Source: an uncultured delta proteobacterium
Lineage (GTDB): Bacteria > Desulfobacterota > Binatia > UBA9968
Assembly: GCA_963771465.1 (NCBI GenBank)
Contig: CAVYTU010000016.1
Span: 96,001 to 160,000, forward strand
Reading direction: 5' to 3'
Length of the DNA: 64,000 bases
Shown: piece by piece, positions 9,726-20,213 of the stretch
How the letters are laid out: each line of letters begins with the position of its first letter
Position numbering within the stretch: position 1 is the stretch's first letter
Notes under the pieces: model-generated
Database searches by the model: none
The model's input: the letters and a program-made list of their open reading frames with translations, nothing else
What the model was told of the DNA's origin: nothing
Made by a program: the position numbers and the translations under genes

Positions 9726-9760
9726 AATTTCAAATCTCAAATTGCAGATTTCATATCGCA
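9726..9760 (+). repeat. Heptamer tandem array
   Basis: AATTTCA AATCTCA AATTGCA GATTTCA TATCGCA. Confidence 0.75.
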
Positions 9761-9765
9761 AAAAC

Positions 9766-10671
9766 TCATATCCCGCTACCGGTGCGCTTTAGCCTTGGAT
9801 CGAGCAGGTCGCGCAGTGCGTCGCCGAGCAGGTTGATGCCGAGCACGGTGATAAATATGCACAAGCCTGGAAAGAGCGGCAACCACCAGGCGGTGCTGAT
9901 GTAAATGCGCGCGTCGGCGAGCATGGTGCCCCAGGTGGGAATTTCCGGTGGCACGCCGACGCCGAGGAAACTCAGGCTCGCCTCAGCGATGATCGAGGAT
10001 GCCATGGCGAAGGTGCCGATGACAAGCGAGGTCTGGATGAGATTGGGAATGATGTGACGCGCGATGATTGTGAAATTGCCCGAACCCAGCGACTGCGCCG
10101 CGGTGACGAAGTCGCGCGAACGGAGCGACAGCGTTTGGGCGCGCACCACGCGGCAGTAGGGAATCCAGCGCTGCGCAACCAGCGCGAGGATCAAATTGAA
10201 AAGCCCTTGGCCGAGAAACGCCATAATCGTGATGCCGAGCAGAAGCGGCGGAAAGGCCCAGATGACTTCGACCAGTTTTTGGATGAGGAAATCGACTTTG
10301 CCGCCGAAGTAGCCGGAGATCGCGCCGAGGCTGATGCCGATCAAGCCGGAAACGAAAACGACGGCGAAGGCGACCATCAGCGAAACCCGCGAGCCGTGAA
10401 TCACCCGGCTGAAAATATCCCGGCCTAAATTGTCGGTGCCGAGCACGTGCAGCGTGCCGATGCCCTCGGGCGCTTTCATCATGGCGGTGAGCTCTTGTTT
10501 GTTCGGGTCGTGGGGCGCAAAAGCCGGTCCTAGGACGCCGACGAGGATGAAAGCGATCACGATCATGCCGCCGGTGCACGCTTTGACGTGGAGGCGCGGC
10601 AAAATCTGCGCCAGCGCGCTAGGACTTTTCTCAGTAACGGATTCGAGGGTCAACGACTGCATAAAGTCCAT
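9766..10671 (-). CDS. Peptide/nickel ABC transporter permease (DppC/OppC-like)
   Basis: LGTDNLGRDIFSR, EAA-like loop DFVTAAQSLG, EASLSFLG, NLLGDALRDLLDP. Confidence 0.92.
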   Translation of the reverse strand: MDFMQSLTLESVTEKSPSALAQILPRLHVKACTGGMIVIAFILVGVLGPAFAPHDPNKQELTAMMKAPEGIGTLHVLGTDNLGRDIFSRVIHGSRVSLMVAFAVVFVSGLIGISLGAISGYFGGKVDFLIQKLVEVIWAFPPLLLGITIMAFLGQGLFNLILALVAQRWIPYCRVVRAQTLSLRSRDFVTAAQSLGSGNFTIIARHIIPNLIQTSLVIGTFAMASSIIAEASLSFLGVGVPPEIPTWGTMLADARIYISTAWWLPLFPGLCIFITVLGINLLGDALRDLLDPRLKRTGSGI

Positions 10672-11632
10672 CGATAATTAAGTTTATCACGACAAACGCC
10701 GTGGTGTAGGTCATGACCAACCCGGTGACGAGCGGATAATCGCGCGCATTGAGCGCGGTAATGAGCAAGCTGCCGCCGCCCGGCCAGGCAAAGACAGTTT
10801 CGACGATGATCGAACCGCTGAGCAGTGTGCCGAGCTCCAAGCCGACGACCGTAATGACCGGGATGAGCGCGTTGCTCGCGACGTGGCGCCAGACGACTTT
10901 TTTTTCGCGCAGGCCTTTGGCACGTGCAGTGCGCACGTAGTCTTCGCTCATCACCTCCAAGATCGACGAGCGGGTGACGCGCATCAAGATACCGAGCATG
11001 TTGACGCCGAGCGCGAGGGCCGGCAGAAACAGGTGAGTCAACGCGTCCCAGACAGCCGGCCAGTTTTTTTGCATAACGCTGTCGAAAATGTAGAAACCGG
11101 TTTGTTCCGGCCCGGCGATGCCATAGGTGCTGCGACCGGAGGTTGGCAAGATATTCAAGACGCCGGCGAGCAGCAGGATCAACATGATCGCCAGCCAAAA
11201 ACTCGGCATGCTGATGCCGAACAAACCACAAGTGGTGCCGAGATTGTCGATCCACGAGTTGGGCCGAGCTCCGGCCCAAACACCTAGCGGAATCGCTAGC
11301 AGCGTCGCGATGCATATCGCGAAGATCGCCAGCTCAATGGTTGCCGGCAGACGGGTGCGAATGACATGGGTGACGGGTTCGGCATATTTGAAAGATTTAC
11401 CGAAATCTCCGGCGGCGACAGATTTCAAAAATTTCCAATACTGCACATAAAGCGGTTGGTCCAAACCCCAGCGCTCTTTGGCTTTGGCGACTTCCGCTGC
11501 ATTGGTCTCCTCGCCCAAAAGCATCAAAGTGGGATCTCCGGGAGCCGCGTGAATCAAAAGAAATACCAGCAGGCTGATAAGAAGAAGAACGGGAATAGTT
11601 CCGGCGAGCCGTTGAAGGAGATAGCTGGCCAT
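10631..11632 (-). CDS. Peptide/nickel ABC transporter permease (DppB/OppB-like)
   Basis: PGDP, GLDQPLYVQY, DYVRTARAKG, ETVFAWPG, DPRIR. Confidence 0.92.
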   Translation of the reverse strand: MASYLLQRLAGTIPVLLLISLLVFLLIHAAPGDPTLMLLGEETNAAEVAKAKERWGLDQPLYVQYWKFLKSVAAGDFGKSFKYAEPVTHVIRTRLPATIELAIFAICIATLLAIPLGVWAGARPNSWIDNLGTTCGLFGISMPSFWLAIMLILLLAGVLNILPTSGRSTYGIAGPEQTGFYIFDSVMQKNWPAVWDALTHLFLPALALGVNMLGILMRVTRSSILEVMSEDYVRTARAKGLREKKVVWRHVASNALIPVITVVGLELGTLLSGSIIVETVFAWPGGGSLLITALNARDYPLVTGLVMTYTTAFVVINLIIDGLYAVVDPRIRY

Positions 11633-11657
11633 GGCGAAGTTTTGGTTCAATCTCAGC

Positions 11658-11716
11658 TGGAGTAATGGAATGTTGGAGTATTGGATCTGTTCATCACTCC
11701 ATCACTCCAATCTCCA
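11658..11716. repeat. Inverted octamer arrays (hairpin)
   Basis: TGGAGTAA TGGAATGT TGGAGTAT TGGA, then TTCATCAC TCCATCAC TCCAATC TCCA. Lies between the SBP and permease genes. Confidence 0.75.
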
Positions 11717-11722
11717 CGTCTG

Positions 11723-13249
11723 TCAGCGCCGCACCGCCATCTCGATCGCATACACTCGGGAATCCGGCAGTGGCGCGTAGTCGACTTTTTTATTCAAACC
11801 CCAGAGCAGCTTGTGGCGCCACATGAAACAGGCCGGCGCGTCCTCAGTGAGGATGCTCATCGCCTGGGACAGATATTGGCGGCGTTTCTTGGGATCGAAC
11901 TCCTGTTGTTCTTTGTCGAGGATCTCATCGAGCTTAGGATTGGAGTAGCCGATGCGCGGCGTTTCGCCGCTGTGAAAATATTGGTGTAACGCTGCGCTCG
12001 GGTCCTGCACCGAGCCGCGGCCCATATAATAGAAGGGGATCGTGCCCTTTTGCACGCTAGCCCAAAGCGTCGCCCATTCCGGCGTGAGCAATTTGGCGCG
12101 GAAGCCGGCGCTATTGAGCATCGGCACGATGGCTTCGGATATCTGCTTATCTAAAGTGTAGCGGCCCACCGGGGTTTGCAGTTCGATATCGACACCGCCG
12201 GCGAAACCCGCCTGGGCGAGGAGCTTTTTCGATTTCTCCGGATCGTAGTTTAACTTCGGTTTCAAATTCGGGTCGTAACCGTATTGTCCGGGGCCCAGCG
12301 GGCCATCGAGTCGGCTGGCGAAACCTTCGAGCAGAGTGGCGATGATCTGATCGCGATTGATCGCGTGGCAAACTGCCTGGCGCACCTCTTTCTTGTCGAA
12401 TGGCGGCTTGGGTTGCATCGCCAGAAACATGATCTCGACGGAGTCTACCGGGTTTATTTTGAGATTGTTATTTTTCTCGACTCGCTGGCGCATATGCGGC
12501 GGCACGAATTGGCCGATCTGGATCTCGTCATTCAATAACGCCGTCACGCGCTGTTCCGGTTCGCGCATGACCCGATAGACGACTTCATCGGGCGCGCGCG
12601 GATTTTTTTTCGCCTCGGGGTGGTTGGGATTTTTCGCGATGACGAGGCGCTGTCCTGGGATCAGCTCCTTTAAGCGGTAAGGACCGGCCCCAAGCATATG
12701 TTCCTTGTCGGCTACGTCGCGGCCGTATTTATCGAACACCGCCTTGCTGGTAATGATCAAACGGTCGCACAGAAACGATAGCAGCGGCGCCGTGGGTTTG
12801 TCCGTCGTAATCTTGACCGTGAACTTGTCGACGGCTTCGGCGTTGACCACCGACGGCGCGACGGAAGCTTTCTGTTTCGATTGCGGGTCCTTGATGACTC
12901 GGGTCATGATCGAATGAACCACGTCCTCGGCGCTCACGGCGGAGCCGTCGTTAAACTTGTAATTCTTATTCAAATAGAAAAGCCAAGTAGTCGGGTTCTC
13001 GGTTTTCCATTTTTCCGCAAGCCGGCCTTCGAAGTCTCCTTTGGTGTAATTGTAGGTGCAGAACGGCCCGGTGACCTCGCTCCAGATGCCGTACAGGAGC
13101 GAAACGCTGTCGCCGTAGGGATTATGGGTCTCGATAGTTTCGGTGACGCCGACAGTGATGCGGGTCTGGGAGCTGGCGACGTTGACGCTGCCTGCGAACA
13201 TAGCAAGTGCTAAAAAACCGAGCAACGATATTTTCACTCGGTAGAACAT
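11723..13249 (-). CDS. ABC substrate-binding protein family 5 (DppA/OppA-like)
   Basis: LAEKW, FNDGSAVSAEDV, GAGPYRL, PFDKKEVRQAV and YDPEKSKKLL motifs; ATG 13249 with GGAGG RBS. Confidence 0.9.
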   Translation of the reverse strand: MFYRVKISLLGFLALAMFAGSVNVASSQTRITVGVTETIETHNPYGDSVSLLYGIWSEVTGPFCTYNYTKGDFEGRLAEKWKTENPTTWLFYLNKNYKFNDGSAVSAEDVVHSIMTRVIKDPQSKQKASVAPSVVNAEAVDKFTVKITTDKPTAPLLSFLCDRLIITSKAVFDKYGRDVADKEHMLGAGPYRLKELIPGQRLVIAKNPNHPEAKKNPRAPDEVVYRVMREPEQRVTALLNDEIQIGQFVPPHMRQRVEKNNNLKINPVDSVEIMFLAMQPKPPFDKKEVRQAVCHAINRDQIIATLLEGFASRLDGPLGPGQYGYDPNLKPKLNYDPEKSKKLLAQAGFAGGVDIELQTPVGRYTLDKQISEAIVPMLNSAGFRAKLLTPEWATLWASVQKGTIPFYYMGRGSVQDPSAALHQYFHSGETPRIGYSNPKLDEILDKEQQEFDPKKRRQYLSQAMSILTEDAPACFMWRHKLLWGLNKKVDYAPLPDSRVYAIEMAVRR

Positions 13250-13442
13250 GTGATCCTCCGAAATTGTGATTGGGTTTACGCCATTCGCTGCGAAATCTTT
13301 TACAGCTCCAATCTGTCTTGTCAAGGCGAAGTTTTTGTGTTGAAAGTGCGTGGGCACTGATGCTAATCGTTACTCTGCGAAGGCCGATGAGCGACGATTA
13401 GCCGAGGGCCGCACCGGCGGCTGAGCCGAAGGAGAGCAAGCG

Positions 13443-14594
13443 ATGGCGAGAGACGGATTCAAGATTCTCGATAGCGACATGCATGTGTTCGAGCCCCATG
13501 ATCTCTATTTAAATTACATGAATCCGAAATGGGGCGGGCGCATTCCGCGCGGCCAACCGCGCAAAAAGCATGGTCAGATCAAGTTTACGCTTGCCGACGG
13601 CAAGCCGCTGCGACCGTCTGGTACGCAAGCACTGGCAAACACTTCGCCCAAACCTCATGTTGATGAAAGCTCGCCGGGCGAATCCCAAGTCGCCAACCGT
13701 TACGCCAAGCCGCTGCAACGTGATTACGACGCGATCTCACAATTGGCGGCGATGGACGAAGAAGGTTTGGACGTAGCGGTTTTGTTTCGCACCTTTCCGC
13801 TGCACTGCGACGATAGTTTGGAGCCGGAATATGCCAACGATCTTTGCCGCGCCTGGAATAACTGGATGGCGGATTTCTGCAAGGCCGATCCAAAGCGGCT
13901 ACGACCGTCGGCGCTGATCACGCTGCATGATGTCGATCTGGCTGTGGACGAGACGCGGCGCGCGATCACCGACTTAGGCGCCATTGGTTTGTGCTTGGTC
14001 CCCGAGCCGGCCAATGGCCGGCATATTCACGATCGCTACTACGATCCGGTCTGGCGCGAAGCGGAAACACTCGGCGTGCCGATCTGTTTTCATCCGGCGG
14101 CGAGTCCGAACACCGAGCAAGTGGTGCACCGTTTCAAAGGACACAGTAACGAGGCGGTGTTGATCAATGCCTTTCGCAATCCCATCGAGCTCATGCTCGC
14201 CGTCGGCAGTTTCTGCGCCGGCGGGGTGCTCGAGCGATTTCCCAAACTACGCGTGGCTTTTCTCGAAGGCAACTGCGGCTGGCTGCCCTGGGCGCTGTAT
14301 CGTTTAGACGAACGCTGGGAGATGCGCAAAGATTATTGCAACGAGCCGATGAGCTTACGGCCGAGCGATTATTTCTTGCGTCAGTGTTTCATCTCAGTGG
14401 ATGTCGAAGAAGATTTGGTCGGCGATGTTGTTAAACGAATCGGTGACAATAACGTCGTCATTTCCACTGACTATCCCCACGCGGACTCGCACTGGCCGGA
14501 CGCGGTCAATCATTTTATGGTGATGGAGATGCCGACCGGCGCGCGCAAGAAAATCCTTTGGGACAACTGCGCGCGGCTGTATGGCGTGGAATAA
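13443..14594 (+). CDS. Amidohydrolase family 2 protein
   Basis: DSDMHVFEP, MDEEGLD, ICFHP, LEGNCGW and STDYPH motifs. Confidence 0.9.
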   Translation: MARDGFKILDSDMHVFEPHDLYLNYMNPKWGGRIPRGQPRKKHGQIKFTLADGKPLRPSGTQALANTSPKPHVDESSPGESQVANRYAKPLQRDYDAISQLAAMDEEGLDVAVLFRTFPLHCDDSLEPEYANDLCRAWNNWMADFCKADPKRLRPSALITLHDVDLAVDETRRAITDLGAIGLCLVPEPANGRHIHDRYYDPVWREAETLGVPICFHPAASPNTEQVVHRFKGHSNEAVLINAFRNPIELMLAVGSFCAGGVLERFPKLRVAFLEGNCGWLPWALYRLDERWEMRKDYCNEPMSLRPSDYFLRQCFISVDVEEDLVGDVVKRIGDNNVVISTDYPHADSHWPDAVNHFMVMEMPTGARKKILWDNCARLYGVE

Positions 14595-14689
14595 AAAGTT
14601 CACATAGACAAATCACTCGATCATCGGTCTCCAAATCTTTACGTTGTGCTCTTTGTAGTTAATCGAATCTTAGAAGGAGCAAAGACATC

Positions 14690-15619
14690 ATGGCGACTCA
14701 TTTACCCTGCGGCATCGAACTGCCGCAGGTTTTTTTCGACGGGCCGACGGATATGGAGCATATCCGCAAGTTTGCTACGCGAGCGGAGACGCTCGGTTTC
14801 GATAGTCTTTGGCTGCAAGAGCGGATCATTGGCGACTTCATCATGCTCGAGCCGGTGACGCTGCTCAGTTATGTCGCGGCGATTACGACCAAAATAAAAT
14901 TGGGCACGTCGGTGATTCTTTTGCCGCTGCGCAATCCACTTCAATTGGCTAAAGCGTATTCCACGCTCGACGTGATGAGCGGCGGTCGCGCGATCATGGG
15001 CGTCGGTCTCGGCGGCGGCCATCTCGGTTCGCACGAGGAAGTCTTTGGCTACACGCGCGCAGGGCGGGTGACGCGCTTTAGCGAAGCGGTGCAGATCATG
15101 AAACTTTTGTGGACTGAGCCGAAAGCGCGTTTTCACGGGCGTTATTGGGATTTCGATAACGTCGCGATGGAGCCCAAGCCGATGCAGAAGCCACATTTGC
15201 CGATCATCTTTGGCGGTCATCATGAGAATGCCCTGCGCCGCGCCGTGAAATACGCCGATGGCTGGATGGGCGCGGGCTCGTCGTCTGCGGCATCGTTCGC
15301 TCGCGAGTCGGCGCGGATTCGCGACATGCTCACGGAAGCGAAACGCGATCCGGCGACGTTCCATTTCGCCAAACGGGTTTACATGGCGGTCGACAACGAC
15401 GAAGCGCGCGGCGAACGGCGTATACGCGAATGGTTCGGTGGCCGCTACAAAAACGCTGATCTGGGTCCCAAAGTTTCGATCTGGGGCAGCGTCGCCAAGT
15501 GTACGGAGCAAATTCAAGCGATCGTCAAAGCCGGCGCGCAGCAGGTCGTCTTCAATCCGATGTTCGACGAAGCCGAGCATGTGGAAATCTGTGCCAAGGA
15601 GATCATGCCGCATTTGTGA
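14690..15619 (+). CDS. LLM-class flavin/F420-dependent oxidoreductase
   Basis: AETLGFDSLW, IKLGTSV, LDVMSGGR, PKPMQKPH and ADGW motifs. Confidence 0.9.
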   Translation: MATHLPCGIELPQVFFDGPTDMEHIRKFATRAETLGFDSLWLQERIIGDFIMLEPVTLLSYVAAITTKIKLGTSVILLPLRNPLQLAKAYSTLDVMSGGRAIMGVGLGGGHLGSHEEVFGYTRAGRVTRFSEAVQIMKLLWTEPKARFHGRYWDFDNVAMEPKPMQKPHLPIIFGGHHENALRRAVKYADGWMGAGSSSAASFARESARIRDMLTEAKRDPATFHFAKRVYMAVDNDEARGERRIREWFGGRYKNADLGPKVSIWGSVAKCTEQIQAIVKAGAQQVVFNPMFDEAEHVEICAKEIMPHL

Positions 15620-15689
15620 TGGGTTTAAGCGTGCAGGCTGAACACGGGCAAGTCGCGTTTCAATGTCTCGTCACAGAAAGGCGAGAGAG

Positions 15690-15816
15690 TTTCGAACTGC
15701 CGGACCGTCGTGAAGCTTTACGAAGAGCGATGCGGCAGAATGTTTTGGGTGACGGCCCCGACGGGCCGTTTACACTTCAGGCTAAAGCGTGGGCGGTGCG
15801 CGGAGTTGTACCCTAA
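15690..15816 (+). pseudogene. Probable C-terminal remnant of a SAM-dependent methyltransferase
   Basis: Frame ends ...REALRRAMRQNVLGDGPDGPFTLQAKAWAVRGVVP*, which resembles the DGxxxLxARAWAVRG tail of type-11 methyltransferases. No N-terminal part is present. Confidence 0.45.
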
Positions 15817-15870
15817 ATTTAGAACCTTACCGCCTCAATTTGATTTGTCTGGGCGTGAGGAGAATTGCCA

Positions 15871-16710
15871 ATGACTGATGAAGGGAACCGAAAGCGCGAA
15901 GAAAGCCTGCGCGTATTCAGCCAAGCTGCCACCATTTATGACCGGATCGGGCCGGGAATATTCTCTCACTTCGGTCAACGGCTTGTGGAAGTTGGCGAAA
16001 TTATCGCCGGAACCAATGTGCTCGACGTAGCGGCAGGGAGAGGCGCGTTGCTATTTCCGGCGGCAGCGAAAGTCGGAGCTAATGGTTACGTTACAGGTAT
16101 CGACTTTTCACCGGATATGGTGCGGGAGACGGCTAAAGATATCGAGAGCCGGAAGCTGAATCACGCTGAAATCCGCCAGATGGATGCGGAACAAATGAAC
16201 TTTGCCGATGCGTCCTTTGACTGGGTCCTGTGTGGCTTTGCGCTTTGGATGTTCGCCGATCCTGTGCGGGTTCTGCAAGGATTTCACCGCGTGCTCAAGG
16301 GCGGCGGGCGCGTTGCGCTTAGCACCTGGGCCGCGGACAATCCGTCCCAAACTTGGTGTAATGAAGTGCTTCGACCCTTTGTGTTTGCACCGGCGGCAAA
16401 GAACTTGCCTGCGAAAATCGATGTTAGATTTGACACGCCGTTGCAGATCGAAACCGCGCTACAACAAGCTGGTTTTAAGCACGTCCGAATCACCGTCGAA
16501 GAAAAAGAATTCATCTACGCCGATGAGGAACAGTATTGGTCGTCCCTATGGTCAGCTGGATTCCGCCGGCAACTGGAGAAAATCACACCGGAACTCCTCG
16601 AACAGGCAAAGAGTGAAGTGTTTCGAGAATTACAAACGGTGAAAAAGCCCGATGGATTTCACAAAGTGAATCGCGCTCTATTAGCATTCGGTGCAAAGCC
16701 GATTTTGTGA
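15871..16710 (+). CDS. Class I SAM-dependent methyltransferase (UbiE-like)
   Basis: VLDVAAGRG, GIDFSPDM, DAEQMNFADASFD and RVLKGGG motifs; GAGGAG RBS. Confidence 0.88.
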   Translation: MTDEGNRKREESLRVFSQAATIYDRIGPGIFSHFGQRLVEVGEIIAGTNVLDVAAGRGALLFPAAAKVGANGYVTGIDFSPDMVRETAKDIESRKLNHAEIRQMDAEQMNFADASFDWVLCGFALWMFADPVRVLQGFHRVLKGGGRVALSTWAADNPSQTWCNEVLRPFVFAPAAKNLPAKIDVRFDTPLQIETALQQAGFKHVRITVEEKEFIYADEEQYWSSLWSAGFRRQLEKITPELLEQAKSEVFRELQTVKKPDGFHKVNRALLAFGAKPIL

Positions 16711-16822
16711 CGTGATGCGGTGTCTTTACTCAGTCTTGTTTGGCATGAATGTGGTGGAGACGGTTTCGCGTGTCTTCGAGAAGCGCAGACACGCCTGGCC
16801 GGAGCAATTGAGAGGTTAACCC

Positions 16823-17773
16823 GTGAAAGAAACTTTACAGGCGTTAGCGATGGTTTTTCTACTTCACCCAACACTCCATGCGGCGGACAAGATTAGGATC
16901 GGGTTTCCGGAATTTAACTCTTCGACATTTACTCTGCCCTTGGCGCAGATCAAAGGTTTTTTTCACGAAGAAGGGTTGCAAGCGGAGCTGATCAGGATTC
17001 GTTCGGCGGTGGCGCTGCCGGCGCTGACTAGCGGGGAAATCGACTATCACACTGTCGTCAGTCCCGCAGTCAACGCGGCGCTGCGCGGTATTCCGGTCAG
17101 GGTCGTTGCTTGTTTCACACCGGGACTTACCACCGCGATCATCGCACGCCCCGAGATTAAGTCGATTCAGGAACTCCGAGGCAAGACCATAGGGCTCAAC
17201 AGCATCGGCGGCGGGCTCGAAAGCACGGTACGCATGATGTTGAAGCACTATGGACTCGATCCCGACAAGGATGTCAAATTTCTCGCCACGGGAGGAGTCG
17301 AGACGCGCTTTGCTGCGTTAAAACAAGGATTGACAGTCGCGACGGCGGGATCGACTCCGGTCGACTATCTCGGCAAGAAATTTGGTTACGTGGTGCTTGC
17401 CCGAGCTTACGATCTGTTCAGTTATCCGAACACCGGGCTGGTGGCGAGCGTGAAAAAAATCAAAGAAACCCCCGATCAGCTCAAGCGCGTGATCAGAGCC
17501 GGCATCAAGGCCAATCGCTACCTGCTGCAGAATCGCGACGGAACTATTCAAGTCATGATGCAGTGGATGAGAATCGACAAGGACACAGCGACGGCCACCT
17601 ACGACGGCTCGGTGAAATCATTCAATGACGATGGCAGCGTGTCCGAAGCGGGTCTGCGCATCGCCATCGACGAAGCGCGCAAGGCCGCGAATATCAGCCG
17701 CGAGGTTGCGGTCAACGAAGTCGCGGATTTTTCGATGCTTCGTGAAGCGCAGCGGGAGTTGGGAGTGAAGTGA
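16823..17773 (+). CDS. NMT1/THI5-type ABC substrate-binding protein
   Basis: Signal peptide ending AADKIRIG; GFFHEEGL, GLDPDKDV and ADFSML motifs. Confidence 0.85.
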   Translation: MKETLQALAMVFLLHPTLHAADKIRIGFPEFNSSTFTLPLAQIKGFFHEEGLQAELIRIRSAVALPALTSGEIDYHTVVSPAVNAALRGIPVRVVACFTPGLTTAIIARPEIKSIQELRGKTIGLNSIGGGLESTVRMMLKHYGLDPDKDVKFLATGGVETRFAALKQGLTVATAGSTPVDYLGKKFGYVVLARAYDLFSYPNTGLVASVKKIKETPDQLKRVIRAGIKANRYLLQNRDGTIQVMMQWMRIDKDTATATYDGSVKSFNDDGSVSEAGLRIAIDEARKAANISREVAVNEVADFSMLREAQRELGVK

Positions 17774-17891
17774 GTTTGGATTGTCACTTTTTCGATTCCG
17801 CTCGCGGCAAGTTTTGGATGGGATCGAAGAGTGCCAGGTTAACGTTCACTTGAGTCAGAAGAATTACAGTCGGTAAAAAAGGGAGGGACGT

Positions 17892-19034
17892 ATGGTGAGG
17901 AAAGTTTTTGCCGCGGTGTTGGTCGGCAATGAAGTCCTCGGGTTAAGACTCGGTTTCGCGATGAGCGTCGTATTCGGACTGTTGTTCAGCGCCGGCTGTG
18001 TCGTCCAGCAATCTGGCAAGGCGTCATCCGCGGGACGATTCGAATTCGCGGTCATCGGCGATCAACAGTACACGGCGGAAGATGAAAGGAAGTTTCCCGC
18101 GTTGATGAGCGCCCTAAATGACGCCAACCTGGCCTTCGTCGTGCACGTCGGGGATTTTCAGGGAGATTACAACGGATACACGGAAGGTGACGGCAACCCG
18201 CCGTGCACGGATGAAACCATGGCTCACTTGAAACGAATGTTTCAAACCTCCAAGCAGCCTTTCATCGTCACGCCCGGCGATAATGATTGGACTGATTGTC
18301 ACAAGCGAAAAGTGAAACCATTCGATCCGCTGGAACGGCTCGCCAAAGTTCGGGAAGTATTCTTTTCAAACGACGAGAGCTTGGGCCAGCGAACCATGAC
18401 TCTGACACAGCAGAGCAAAGACCCGAAATATGCCAAGTACCGTGAAAACGCCCGCTGGATCTACGACGACGTATTGTTCGTGACCCTCCATGTCGTTGGC
18501 AGCAACAACAATCTCGGCCGCACGCGGGAGATGGACGCGGAATACGCTGAGCGTAATGAGGCAAATTTGGCTTGGCTGAAAGAAGCCTTCGAAATGGCTA
18601 AGCTTAACGGCAACAAAGGGCTGGTAATTCTTACTCAAGCAAATCCTTTGTTCGAAAGCGTTTGGGCGCCAAGACGGCTGGGCCTTTATTTGTATGTGTT
18701 TCGAGATCAACTTTTGAAAACAACTCCGGACCAGCTCGCCGAGATTAGAAAACAATCTGGCTTTACCGATTTGTTGCGTGCGCTTGAAACGGAGGTTGTG
18801 GAGTTCGCCAAGCCCGTTCTGTTTGTGCATGGCGACACTCATATTTTTCGCATCGATAAACCATTGTTCAACACTAAGAACCGCCGAGGTGTTGAAAATT
18901 TCACCAGGGTTGAAGTATTCGGCACTCCCGATGTCCACTGGGTCAGGATCGTTGTCGATCCGGGCAAGCCGGGATTGTTCACCATCACCCCCGAAACGGT
19001 GGAAAAGAATGTGGTCAATCACTTGGGGAAGTAG
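17892..19034 (+). CDS. Calcineurin-like metallophosphoesterase, probable lipoprotein
   Basis: IGDQQY, HVGDF, PGDNDW and HGDTH motifs; lipobox-like SAGC. Confidence 0.8.
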   Translation: MVRKVFAAVLVGNEVLGLRLGFAMSVVFGLLFSAGCVVQQSGKASSAGRFEFAVIGDQQYTAEDERKFPALMSALNDANLAFVVHVGDFQGDYNGYTEGDGNPPCTDETMAHLKRMFQTSKQPFIVTPGDNDWTDCHKRKVKPFDPLERLAKVREVFFSNDESLGQRTMTLTQQSKDPKYAKYRENARWIYDDVLFVTLHVVGSNNNLGRTREMDAEYAERNEANLAWLKEAFEMAKLNGNKGLVILTQANPLFESVWAPRRLGLYLYVFRDQLLKTTPDQLAEIRKQSGFTDLLRALETEVVEFAKPVLFVHGDTHIFRIDKPLFNTKNRRGVENFTRVEVFGTPDVHWVRIVVDPGKPGLFTITPETVEKNVVNHLGK

Positions 19035-19190
19035 CAAATTCTGTCATGTCGCCAATCGCTTGCAAGGCTGAGTGGCGTAAGAAGGAATTGCCGATTAAAT
19101 AATTTTGGATTTTCGATTGTCGCTCGAATGGCGGCAGAAAACGAAAATATGAAAGTATTTTAACTTTGCGCCGTGCTGCTGAGGAGGATT

Positions 19191-20146
19191 ATGATTAAGA
19201 TGTTCATCGGTGTGCTCGCGTTCTTTTTTCTCGATGCGCCGGCTCAGGCGGCCGATAAAATCAGAATCTCCATGACTGGCTTCGCCGGCCAATTCATGAC
19301 TTTTCCTTTGGCGCAGAAGCGCGGCTTTCTAAAAGAAGAAGGGATCGAGGCTGAGATCATTCGCATTTCGGCTGCGGCGGGTCGAGCTGCGTTGACCGAT
19401 GGCGAAGTGGATTATTCGACCGGTATCGGCGGGACGGCGATAGGCGGCGCGTTGTCAGCGGGATTCCGATCCGTGTTGTCGCCTGCTTTGTGCCCGCACC
19501 GGTGCTCGGCATTGGTGGCGCGGCCGGAATATCAAAACTGTTCAGTCGCTCAAAGGCAAGACTATCGCGATTCTTATCCCGGCGGCGTCGCGCATTTCGC
19601 CGCCCGGGCGATCGCTGGCATTTCGGTCTCGATGCCGAAAAGGAAATAAAGTATCTCGCCGTCGGCCCGCCCGATGCCCGCTATGCCGCGCTGACTCAAG
19701 GCTTGGTCGAAGCGGCGGTGCTCGGGCCGCCGCTGGATTTCGAGGCGCGCAAGCAGGGTTTCAATATTCTTGCTCGAGCCAACGAAATAATGGTGCTTCC
19801 GGAGACCGGTTTGGTCGCCAGCGTAAAGAAAATTCACGAGAAACCTGACGAGATCAAGCGAGTCATTCGCGCCGGCATAAAAGCCAATCGCTACATTCGC
19901 GCCAACCGCGACGGCACGATTCAGTTCTTGACCGAGTGGCTCAAGCTCAATCGCGAATCTGCCACGGCGACCTACGACAGCGTCGTGCGGGTCTACGATG
20001 AAGACGTCAACGTATGTGACAAAGGGCTGCGTCTGATGATCGACGAAACCAAGAAAACCATAAAGCTTAGCCGCGACATACCTTACGATGAAATTGCCGA
20101 CCTGTCGATTCTCCGCGAGGCGCAGAGGGAGCTGGCTAGCAAGTAG
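19191..20146 (+). pseudogene. NMT1/THI5-type SBP with several frameshifts (assembly error or pseudogene)
   Basis: ORFs 19173-19649 and 19490-20146 plus intervening frames join into a paralog of 16823-17773 (GIPIRVVACF, KRVIRAGIKANRY). Indels cluster at about 19455-19620. Confidence 0.75.
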
Positions 20147-20213
20147 CGGAATATTTCAATGACCAAGGCGACGAACGACCAAATTCCATGGTGACGCAAG
20201 AGGGGGACGATCG

